From assembly GCF_036971445.1 (NCBI RefSeq), contig NC_091473.1, forward strand, positions 215,636,001 to 215,700,000: a DNA stretch of 64,000 nt, read 5' to 3'. Source of the DNA: Narcine bancroftii. Taxonomy: Eukaryota. The notes beneath the pieces are model-generated. The model worked only from the letters and a program-made list of their open reading frames with translations, did no database searches and was not told the DNA's origin. Position 1 is the first letter of the stretch; each line of letters starts with the position of its first letter. This document shows positions 9,971-20,815 of this stretch, piece after piece. A program made the translations under genes and the position numbers.

Positions 9971-10268
9971 TCTCTCGCACAGTAATAGGTGGCCGTGTCT
10001 TCCACTTTCAGCTTGTTCATTTGTAGGTAGAAGTTGTTACTTCGCTTGGAAGCGGTGAATCTGTCTTGGATTCCAGGCGCGTAATACTTGTAACTTTCGC
10101 TATCATACGCCACCAACCATTCCAGCCCTTTCCCGGAGACCTGTTTCACCCAGTGCATGTAGTAGCTGCTGAGATCGAACCCTCTGGTCTCACAGGTCAG
10201 TCTGTAGGACTCCCCGGGCTTCTTCACCGCTGACGCGACCTGTGTCAGGACGACGTCGGACCGCACGC
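9971..10268 (-). CDS. Ig heavy chain VH segment (unrearranged, open frame), IgW cluster
   Basis: Acceptor ttttctcttttactgacag. Translation [26 protein letters not shown]...[14 protein letters not shown]...DTATYYCAR has the canonical Cys, Trp and YYC, and is followed directly by an RSS. Confidence 0.97.
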
Positions 10269-10377
10269 CTGTCAGTAAAAGAGAAAAGAGTGGATTTTAA
10301 TGATCGGTTCAACGGCGAGAGAGTCTCCGAGAAGCAGCCGGGCCCGGCCGGGCTGGGTGAAGACACGGGGCACCCAC

Positions 10378-10423
10378 CTGCCAGACAGGACAGAAAGAGA
10401 AAGAGATAAGGAGCGATCCCCAT
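10378..10423 (-). CDS. Ig heavy chain leader exon (L1)
   Basis: ATG at 10423 gives MGIAPYLFLFLSCLA-G, a hydrophobic signal peptide. It ends at phase-1 donor G|GTGGGT and is followed by a 109-bp intron to the V exon. Confidence 0.93.
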
Positions 10424-10511
10424 CGCCCCGCGCACTGAGCCAGACTTGGACACTCCACAGATCGGCGGCTTCAGCTCAGACCGGCTTTGTCGGGAGCTGC
10501 AGTGAGCGCTG

Positions 10512-10630
10512 TTTAAATGGGGAAGGGGCCAGTGAGAGGGAGAGAGGGAACCGCGGCTTGAACAGGCTCCCACCCACTGAAACCAGAGGGGCAGCTTCCT
10601 GTCCCCTCCCCCAGCAGAGATTTCAGTTCC
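10512..10630 (-). promoter_or_regulatory. VH promoter: TATA-like box, ETS site, PU.1-IRF composite (EICE)
   Basis: ATTTAAA (10512-10518) about 90 nt upstream of the ATG; CAGGAAG (10595-10601); GGAACTGAAA (10621-10630) matches GGAAnnGAAA. No octamer seen. Confidence 0.5.
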
Positions 10631-10719
10631 CCAAAAGATGTTTGTCTGTGCAACAGGTGCAGGCCAGTGGTCATGATAAGATCCGGATTAAAGATCTATC
10701 ATACTTTTCAATTCACTCA

Positions 10720-11155
10720 TATACCCCTGAGAGAGAGGGACTGGTCAGTGTTCAGATATCCCCTCAACCCCCAACCCCCAGAGAGAAGGACAGAGAGACA
10801 CAGGTCAGTGTTCTGATATCCCCTGAAGGAGAGGTACTGAGAGACACAGGTCAGTGTTCTGATATCCCCCTGAGAGAGATGAACTGAGAGACACTGGACA
10901 GTGTTCAGATATGCCCACCACCCCCACCCCCCAGAGAGAAGGACTGAGATACACCAGTCAGTGTCCGATATCCCCCCGAGAGAGAGGGACTGTGTACAGA
11001 TCTTCCCGTGAGTGACAAAGAGAGACATCGGTCAGTGTACAGATATCTCCAAGAAAAAATAAATGAGAGATACCAGTGAGTATATGAATACCTCGCAATA
11101 GACAGGAATTGAGAGGCAATGTTCAGTGTACAAATATCCCCCTGAGAGAGGGGAA
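10720..11155. repeat. ~40-bp minisatellite immediately upstream of the VH promoter
   Basis: Repeated GAGAGA...GGTCAGTGTTCAGATATCCCC units, about 10 copies. Confidence 0.8.
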
Positions 11156-12651
11156 AATTTAGAAGAAACATCAGGGGCCTTTATTTTTACACACAGAGTG
11201 GTGTGTGTCTGGAATGGAGACTGGTACCATCAGAACATTTGAAAGACTTCAAAAGAAAGATTGTGGATTACAGATATGAGGTGGGAAAAGGCCCTGTACT
11301 GTGCTATATCGTTCTATGTTAAATCAGGGCTTGATCACAGACAGCAAAGTACTTTTTGAAGTGGAGTGACTGTTGTCTTGGAGGGACGCTGGGACCCAAA
11401 TTGTACAAAGCAAGTTTCTGAACATCAAAGAAATAAAGAGAGCAGACAAGCTATTTCAGTGATGCTGGTTGAGGGATCGATGTTGGCAAGGATGATGGAA
11501 AATTTCCAAAACCTACATCCACTTCACATGACAGGCATGCTCTCAGTTCACTGCTTCTTCAGATGGGCAGACCACCTTCAGTCCTGTGCTGGGAGGGCCA
11601 GACTGCAGAAAGGGCTCCAGTCACTGGAGTGGGACCTCAACCCACTGCCATTGACACAAGCTGGCTGTGACCTCACTGGTGAAGGTGAAATTGATACAGG
11701 CAGAATCCATACATGTTGTTGGAGGTCCCCAGGACAACTCTGTTACATCCTCAGCTCTCACCGTGGAACCAGTTGATCCAGGACAGTGGGAAATACAAAA
11801 ACATGAGAGACAGAGAGAGGAGAAGCCCATCCAGCCCCACATACTCTCTCCATCAATCAGTGAGATCATTGTTCACATTTGACCTCAGGGCCATTTCTAG
11901 GCATAAACTCACATCTGTTGAAACATTCATGTCTCAAAGTCCATTTATTGCAGCCTCAAATGGAGTCAGGGACTGACTCTGGATCCAGAATTTCAAGAAT
12001 TTCACAGATTCACTCCACTCTGGGTGAAGACATTCTCATCTTCTCGGTGATAGAACTATGTGACTATGAACCTTGGTTCTCGACACCCCACCAGCAGAAA
12101 CATCACCTCAAAATTTATCCTGCCAAGTCTCTCACTAATATCAGATATTTTAATGAGGTCACACACCCTGTTCCAAACTCTGGAAAGCAGAGATGCAGCC
12201 TGCTTCATGCTTAACATACAACAAGCCCACATCCCAGAACTCAATCCCTGCACTCCCTCAATCACGTTGATCCTTCCTTCAGAGCTGTAATCCTTATTCC
12301 AAATATTGTGTCAGAAGGGCTCTCAAAAATTGGAGCAACTTTCCTCTGCTCCTCTACTCAAATCTTCTTCCAATAATCACTGTCTCACCTGCATTTTAAC
12401 TTCAGTGATTCTTGTGCAAGGGCACCCACATCCCTCTGACCTTTCGTTCTCTCACTTTGTAAACAATACTCTGAATTTGTATTTTTGTTTCCAAAGTGGA
12501 CGAGCTCACATTTTCCACATTCAATTTTCCAGTGTCTGAGACGTGAATCCTTGCTGTACACTTGCTGATAGCCCACACTAAGTCCTGTTGTGTTATCAGT
12601 CGCTGTACCTCTCCTTCAGACTGAATGCCAGTTAATGAAGAGGACAAAGGC

Positions 12652-12839
12652 TGTGTAGTTCACCGGAAATCATGGCTTTTATTAGTAGAAACTAAGTAAT
12701 ACAATAAGGAATGATAATGGGTGCAAACACAGTTATAACCAAGGGGAGAGTCTTTAGTGGTAGAGATAATACACGTCTAATGTCAGTAAAGAAGACTAAG
12801 CACAGTGAAAGACTGACAGCATGACACAGATTCATCACA
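12652..12839 (-). mobile_element. Possible short solo LTR
   Basis: TGTG...CACA ends, internal AATAAA on the minus strand, flanks aaggc/caggc (4/5 match). Confidence 0.35.
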
Positions 12840-13349
12840 CAGGCCCTGTTAGTTTCCCCTTAAATACATCTCCATCATTCTCTTCAGCCATCTCCTGTAG
12901 CAACAAGTTCCTCCATCTCAGGTGCTTGGGGACAAGCGTTCTTCAAATTCCCCATCACATTTCTTGCTGGCTCTCTGACAATGTTGCCCAGGTTGGGAGA
13001 GTGAGCTGAACACTTTGCCCCTTGAGCTTACTCAGCCATCCATGGGATCACGACTGATCTCACTCTAAGCTCAACTCCGCAATTCCACTATTCATCCCTT
13101 GCTTTTCAGGTACCCACCTCCCTCTGCCTTCACAAATATCCAAACACCGTGCTTCCATTGTCCTGGAAGGATATCATTCCAAAGACCTGATCTCTGTTTT
13201 AATTTGGCAATCCTTTACTTTTAAGCACTGATCCCTAGTTCCAGAATCTCCCACATCACCCTGCCATTATCCCTCAGGATTTTAGACATTTCAATCAATT
13301 CATCCCATTCTTCTAGATTCCAGCAAATGTAAGCCTAACATGTATTTGG

Positions 13350-14310
13350 ATACAAGGATTTAGATTGACAGGGACTGATGAGGGATTGTCCACATGGCTT
13401 TGTGCATGGAAGGTCGTGTTTAATCTCGAGTTTTTTGAGGAGGTTAACAGCAAAATTGATGAAGGCCGTGGATGTTGTCTACATGGAATTTAGCAAGGCC
13501 TTTGACAAGGACCCACATGGGAGGATAGTGAGGAAGGTTTAATTGCTGGGTGTTCATGGTGAGGTAGTAAATTGGGTTAGACATTGGCTTTATGGAAGAA
13601 GCCAGAGAATGGTAGTGAACAGCTGTCTCTCTGACTGGAGGCCTGTGCCTAGTGGTGTGCCTCAAGAATCGGTGCTGGATCCACTTTTCATTGTCATCTC
13701 TATCAATGATCTGGTCTTTGGAACGATAATGTGGTAAATTGGATGAGTAAACTTGCACATGACACAAAGACTGGAGGTGGAGTGGATAGTGAGGAGAGCT
13801 TTCAAAGCTTGCAGAGGGAACTGAACCAGCTGGAAAAATAGGCTGCAAAATGGCAGATGGAATGACATGCAGACCAATGTGAGGTGTTGCACTTTGGAAA
13901 GACAAACCAAGGCAGGACATGCACTGTAAATGGTAGGACACTGAGGAGTACAGAAGAACAGAAGGATCTGGGAATACAGCTAAATAATTCACTGAATGTG
14001 GCATCAGAGGTGGATAGGAATGTAAAGAGAGCTTTTGGCACATTGGCCTTCGTAAATCAAAGCACTGAGTACAGTGGTTGAGAGGTTATGATGAAGTTTC
14101 ATAAGATATTGATGATGCCAAATTTGGAGCATTCTGTGCAGTTTAATTTCTGAGATTTAAGAAAAATTTAGATGGATCCAAGAACAGGAGGAGTAGGGAG
14201 GGATATGTTCTGGATGCAAGTCAGTTGGACCAGGCAGGAAATAGTTCGGCACAGACTAGAAGGGCCAAAGGGCCTGTTTTGGTGCTTTATTGTTCTATGG
14301 TTCTATCGTT
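13350..14310 (+). mobile_element. CR1 LINE 3' fragment
   Basis: RT remnants FSKAFDK, SGVPQESVL, LHFGKTNQGR; (ttctatgg)-type 3' microsatellite tail. Confidence 0.85.
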
Positions 14311-14433
14311 CTAAGAAAATTTGTCCAGTCCAGGTTGCTTTTGAGTAAACCTTCTCTGAACTGCTTCTCTGATTGAATAAGGAAAAAGTATTGTGCACAG
14401 TAATTTGCATGGATATTTACCAGTGTTCTATAC

Positions 14434-14680
14434 CAGCCATTCTTACAAGGGCCCATATAGACTCTTGGAAGTCACAGCACATTTAAGTATGGGGTGGGGT
14501 GGGTGGGGGGGGGGGGGGTGTCACGGTCTGAAATCATAAAATATGAGTTTTTTTTATGCAGTCAGTAGGAGAGATATATGAGGAAACCAACTAAACTTGA
14601 CTGTTTCACAGGAAAGGGAGCCCATAGACTTCTGTCAGAGTCCTAAGGGGGCCATAGTTTAAAAAGTTTGAGAATGGCTG
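14434..14680. mobile_element. hAT-like MITE
   Basis: TIRs CAGCCATTCT...AGAATGGCTG; imperfect 8-bp TSD ttctatac/ctctctac. Confidence 0.55.
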
Positions 14681-15246
14681 CTCTCTACTACTGATTCATA
14701 GCTCTCCCACCTACGTCATCATTTCCTCGGTCTGCAAACAACAACAATCTGTGAGCTTTCATTATTGCTGTGGTTATATACCAGCCTTTTGTAATCTGTG
14801 CAAATGGTTACCCAGATCTCTCTTCACCTCTGACCCCTGCAATCTCTCACTCTTGGCATTTTCAGTTTCTGAAATGGACCATTGCAGATTTTCTAACATC
14901 CTTTGCCAGATTTTTACACCCTCACTTAACCCACCTCTATCCTTTTTGTCTTCAGCATCGACTTTCGATCCGATCATCAAGCAACTGTGCCTTCAGAACC
15001 TTTGCCCAAGCATTGATTATATTTATATTAGCAGGTTGAAGGCCCAGCACTCTTCTTGTGGCACCTCACTCAGTACATTTTTCCAATCAAAAAAGACCCA
15101 AGAATGTTGACACCCTGCTTCCCGTTACTACCCAGCCCTTCTCTCCATGTCAAGATGTTACCTCCTGATCCCTGAGCTTTATTTTTCTGTAAAGGCCTTT
15201 GAGGGCTATTGCAGAAAAATGAAGCTCAGGGCTAAGGAGGTAACTG

Positions 15247-15470
15247 GGCAGCACGGTTGGCGTAGCAGTTAGTGCAATGCCTTTACAGCGCCAACAATCA
15301 AGACCAGGGTTGTCATCCCGCGCTGTACGTTCTCTCGGAGTCTGTGTGGATTTTTCCCAGGGTCTCCAGTTTCCTCCCACCATTAAAAACTTACCACTGG
15401 TGTCGGTTAATTGGGTGTAAATTGGACCCGTGGACTGAAATAGCCTGTTCCTGTGCTGTATATTTAAATT
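15247..15470 (+). mobile_element. tRNA-derived SINE
   Basis: GGGCAGCACGGTTGGCGTAGCAGTTAG head; same family as the copy at 4250. Confidence 0.75.
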
Positions 15471-15619
15471 TAAATGATCCTTGTCTTCTGCAATCTGAGT
15501 AGAGTACATCCACCGGCTACCCATTCTCTGCAACTCATGTCACGTATTCAAAGAATTCCAAGCAGGGGTTGTGTGTTCTTTCTGTGATTATGTAGGTTTA
15601 CTGCTGGATTCTCCAGTCT

Positions 15620-16110
15620 GCTCTCGCAGGGATGTAATGATGTTGGAGAGAGTACGGAGAAGATTTACCAGGATGATTCCTGGAATGCAAGGGCTAACAC
15701 ATGAGGAACGCTTAGCAGCTCTTGGACTGTATTCATTGGAGAATAGAAGAATAAGAAGGGATCTCGCAGAAACATTTTGAAAGCTGAAAGGATTGGACAG
15801 AGTAGAAGTGAATAAATATTTCCCTTGGAGGACAAGAGGACACAGTCTTAGAATTAGAAGGAACCCATTTAAAACAGAGAGGAGGAGAAATTTCCTTAGC
15901 CAGGGGGTTGTGGATTTGTGGGATTCATTGCCACATAAAGTCGTGGAGGCCCGATCATTGGAGGAGTTAAAGGAAGTATCTAATTAGTCAGAGTATCAAG
16001 GTTAATGGGGAAAAGGCCGGAAATTGGAACTAGACGCGAGAAAGGTTTAGCTCGGTGTGGAGTTGCGGAACAGATGTGATGGGCTGAATGGCCTACTTCT
16101 GTTTCTTGTG
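15620..16110 (+). mobile_element. CR1 LINE 3' end
   Basis: LERVRRRFTRMIPGM...LGLYSLE C-terminal motif. Confidence 0.8.
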
Positions 16111-16419
16111 AATATTTTACTGATGGCAGATGTTCAGCCAAGTGGCCTGTGATTGCAGACTTCCTGCTCTACCTTCCTGAATGTAGGAAATACATTTTCT
16201 GTATCTCATCGAAGGGAATTGCTCCAAACTTCATGAAATTTGAAATATTAAAAGCAGTTACCAAACATCAGAATTCACAGCTATTTTTCCAAAAAACACT
16301 GATCCCTTTATTGTTCTGTTCTTAACATGCTCACCTAATCATCCAATCTCAGAAAACACTGACCTGATGATTTAATATTTCTGCTGTCTCACTAACGTTA
16401 CTTGGAGGTATTAACCCCC

Positions 16420-19400
16420 ATCTCACTTGAACTAGATTAGCAGGACGATGGGAACCAGGATGCCAGATCAGATATGGGAGTGAAGGAGGAAAGAGATGGA
16501 CTGAAGATTCAAGATTACAGGAAATGTCAGAGTTTTCAAGTGCATCTATTTCTATGCAGAAGTATTATTGGAAAGGCAGACGAGCTTAGAGCAAAGATTG
16601 GCATGTGGATTATGACATTGTGCCCATTTGTGAAACTTGACTGCATAAGGGGCAGGACTGACAGCTCAATGTTCTGGGCTTCTATTGATAGAACAGGGGG
16701 ATGAAAGGGGGAAGAGGAGCATTGCTCATCAAGGAAAATAGCACAGATGTGCTCAGACAGGACAGAACAGAAGACTCCTCTCCTGAGGCTATATGGGTCA
16801 AGCTGAGGTCTGGGAAAGGTATGACCACCCTCATGGAGTTATATTATAGACTGCCCAATACTCAACGAGAATTGGAAGAGCAAATGTGTAGAGAGATAGC
16901 AGACAGCTGCAGGAAACATAAAGGTGTGATAGGAGGAGATTTTAACTGTCCACATATTGACTGGGGCTCCCATTACTGTAAAAGAGCTGGATGGCTTGAA
17001 GCTTGTCAAATTTGTTGAGGAAAGTTTTCTCAATTAATATACAGAGGTATCAACTAGAGAGAATGCAATATTGAATCTCCTATTAGGGAACGAGACTAGA
17101 GAGGTGACAGAAATATGTGCAGGGTAATATTTTGAGACCAATGATCATAATGTTATGCATCGCAAGTTAATTATGGAGAAGGATAGGTCTGGGCCTCGAG
17201 TTGAGATTGTAAATTGGAGCAAGACCAATTTTGAGGAAATGAGAAAAGATCTAGAACATGTAGATTGGGATAAGTTGTTTTCTGGCAAAGATGTGCAAGG
17301 TAAGTATAAGACCTTTAAAAGTGAAACTTTGAGAGCACATTGTTTGTATGTTCCTGTCAGGATTAAAAGCAAACTTAACAGGCATATGAAACCTTGGTTT
17401 ATGAGGGATACTGGGGATCTGGTTTGGAGGAAGAGAGAGATAAATAACAGGTATAGACAACACGGAGTAAATGAAGTTCTTGAGAAGTATGATAAATGCA
17501 AGAAAAAAGAAAGAAATCAGGAAGACTAAAAGAAGACATGAGGTTGCTTTGGCAAACAATGAGATGGAAAATCCTCAAGGTTTCTACAGCTTTACTAAAT
17601 GCAAAAGGAAAGTAGGGTCACAATTGGTCCCCTTGAAGATCAGATTGATCAGCTATACATGCAGCCAGAAGAGATGGGGAGGTCTTAAATAGGCATTTTG
17701 TATCACTATTGAATCAGGAAACTGGCACAGAATCCAGGGAAATAGGCAAACAAGCAGAGTTAAGAGGAGGTGGTGCTTCCTGTTGTAAAGCAAATAAGGA
17801 TGGATTGATCCCCATGGTTGACAAGATATTCCCTTGGGCCTTGAGGGAGGCTAGTGTAGAAATTGCAGGAGCTCTGGCAGAAATATTTAAAATGTCCTCA
17901 GCCACGTGTGTGGAGCCGGATCATTGGAGGGTAGCTCATGTTGTTCCGTTGTTTAAAGGAAGTTCCAAAAGTGACCGTGAAAATCATCAGCTGGTGAGAG
18001 CCTGACATCAGTAGTAGGTAAATGACTGAAAGGTGTTCTAAGAGATCGGATATACAAGTATTTGGATAGTGAGGGACTGGTTAGGGATCGTCAACATGGC
18101 TTTGTTTGTGGAAGGTCACGTTTAACCAATGTTTCAGAGTTTTTTGAGCAGAAAAGTTGATGAAGGTAAGGCTGTGGATGTTATCTCCATGGACTTTAGT
18201 TAAGGCCTTTTACAAGGTCCCACATGGCAGGTTAGTCAGGAAGGTTCAGACACTTAATATTCATGGTGAGGGAGTAAACAGGATTCAAGATTGGCTATAC
18301 AGGAGAAGGCAGAGAGTGGTAGTGGATGATTGATTGCTTCTTAGAATGGAGGCCTGTGACTAGTGATGTACCTCAGGGACTGGCTCTGTGACCATTATTG
18401 TTTGTTATCTATAGCAAAGGTAATGTGGTGAATTAGATCAGCAAACTTGGAGGTGTTGTGGACAACGAGGAAAGCTTTCAAATTTGCAGAGGGATCTGGA
18501 CCAGCTGAAATGGGCTGAAAAATGGCAGATGGAGTTTAATGCAGACAAGCGTGAGGTGTTGCATTTTAATTTAATTTCGACATACAGCATGGTAACAGGC
18601 CCTTTTGGCCCATAAGCCCATGCTGCCCAATTACCCCCAATTGACCTACAACTCATGGTAAGTTTTGAAAGTTGGGAGGAAAACGGGGACCCGGGAAAAC
18701 TGACTCAGACATGGGGAGAACGTACATACTCCTTACACACAACACAGAATTCAATCACTGGTCCAGATCCCTGGAGCTGTAACAGTGTTGATCTAATGGT
18801 GTTGTCCCCTAACTGTTACACTAAGGGCGACACCCCTACACTAACCATGCCACCCCGATGAATTTTCAAGGGACAAACTGAGAAATGGCATACATGGTAA
18901 ATAATAGGGCACTGAAGAATGTGATCGAACAGAGGGATCTGGGAATACAGATACATAATTTTCTGAAAGTGTGTCACACGTGGAAAAATGTTGCAAAGAG
19001 AGCTTTTGTCATATTGGCCTTTATAAATCTAAGTATTGAATATAGGATTTGGGATGTCATTTTCGAGTTGTATTGAGATTGGTGAGGGCAAGTTTGAAGT
19101 ACTGTGTGCAGTTTTGGTCACCGAACGACAGGAAAGATATCAATACGATTGAAAATGTGCAGAGAAGATTTACTTGGATGTTAACATAAGCAGGAACTGA
19201 GTAACAGGGAAAGGTTAAAGAGGTTAGGAATTTATTCCCTGGAGCAGAGAAGAATGAGGGGAGATTTGATCGAGGTATTTAAAATTATGAGGCATATAGT
19301 TAATGTAAATAGGCTTTTTTGAACTGAAGGTGGGTTAGATACAAACCAGAGAGAGCTTGCCGCGGACCTCCATCTCCTAAAATGATAAGATGATAAAAAC

Positions 19401-20815
19401 TATTAGATTGAGTGTGTAAAAGTAGAAGACACATTTTTCTTGTTCATTTTCCTTTGTGTGAAGACATTGTTTTATGGAACACATGTCAAACTCTGGCCCG
19501 CGGGCCAAATTTGGACTGCGATATAATTATATTTGGCCCGCAAGATCATTTCAAAAATGTATTAGAGGTGGCCCGCTGGCCGCCGCGCCAGTATAGCGCA
19601 TGCACAGCTAATACTATAAATCCCAGAATGCATTGGCGTCAGCCCGCTAATCGCCCTCACTTCCTCTGTTTACGTTGCAGGGTCTCACCGTGGACTCTGG
19701 TTTTGGGGCCTGGCCGATGTCAGGGGAAGCCAAGGCCGCTTCCCAGCGCCCGGAACCGGAGGCCTCGGGCCTGACCTCGCCAGGACCGTTGCCCACTCCC
19801 CCTCCCTGCCGCAGGATGACCCGCGACTCACGGTGACGGGGCTGCTGATCCGCCAAGATGCCGCCCTGCAGCGAGAGCCGATGCCCCCGCACTGTCGTTG
19901 TCCAACCAGATCGCCCGCAAACCCCGCCCTCCCGCACACAGGCCTGAGTAAGTATTATGAATTTTAATCTCAGGATAAAATGATCTTCCAATTGTTTCAT
20001 GTCACAGTTATAAATATATTCCTGGTTAAAAATGGTCCTGCACCTGGATACAAGCTCATTAGGCATAAAACTTGAAAAGTGTGTAAATCAAAGGATATCT
20101 GTACCAATGGAAAAAGGGCATGGCAAATAACCCTGCTAGAGTTCATGCCCACAATCAGTCACCCATTTGATTGTTTCAGGAATCATGTTATTCTCCCACA
20201 TTCTCCATAGCCCTCAGATTTTACTATTCGACAGCCACTAGCAACATTTGACAAATCCGCTATAGAGAAATATTATTTATTGAATATTTTATTTCTCATT
20301 TGTTCATGCTTCTGGAAAGAGTTTATCCAAAACTATTATTAAACATTTATTTTAATAAGAAAAAGTTTAACATTACATATGTTGAAAGAAGAGAAAACCT
20401 GCAGATGTTGTTGAAAATTTTCAATAAATATTTAGTTCGGCCTTCGACTTAGTCCAAGTTTTTAATTTTGGCCCTCCGTGAATTTGAGTTTGACACCCCT
20501 GTTTTATGGTTTTATTGTGTCGTATATGTTGAATATTTATTGGTTTTGGAGGGGGGTGGAAGGGGGGAGGGAGGGAAAGGGGGAAAAAAGGGAGAAAATG
20601 CCACTGTGTATATTTAATGAGAAACGTTATTATGGTTGATATGGTTCACAGTGTGAAAAATAAAAAAATAATTAAAATTAAGAATTTGGACAGGTACTTT
20701 ACATCTATATGAGTGTAATGGAGGGTTATAGTCTGGGTGGAGGTCAGTGGAACAAGGCAGAATAATAGTCAGGTACAGACGAGAAGGGCCTAACATCCTG
20801 TTTTTGAGCTGTACC
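16420..20815 (+). mobile_element. Decayed CR1 LINE (endonuclease to RT) with nested SINE, L1 3' end and hAT
   Basis: GGDFNCPHIDW, WRVAHVVPLFK and RT motifs. Interrupted by a minus-strand SINE (~18565-18860) and an L1 tail (~19345-20685), and resumes at ~20690. Confidence 0.8.
19478..20501. mobile_element. Non-autonomous hAT (Charlie-like) DNA transposon
   Basis: Right TIR GAGTTTGACACCCCTG, imperfect left TIR AACACATGTCAAACTC, perfect 8-bp TSD TTTTATGG (19470-19477 / 20502-20509). Confidence 0.8.

Noticed and set aside
11667-11882. ORF with SSALTV as an Ig-like fragment
   Set aside because: No Cys/Trp Ig framework, RSS or splice context.
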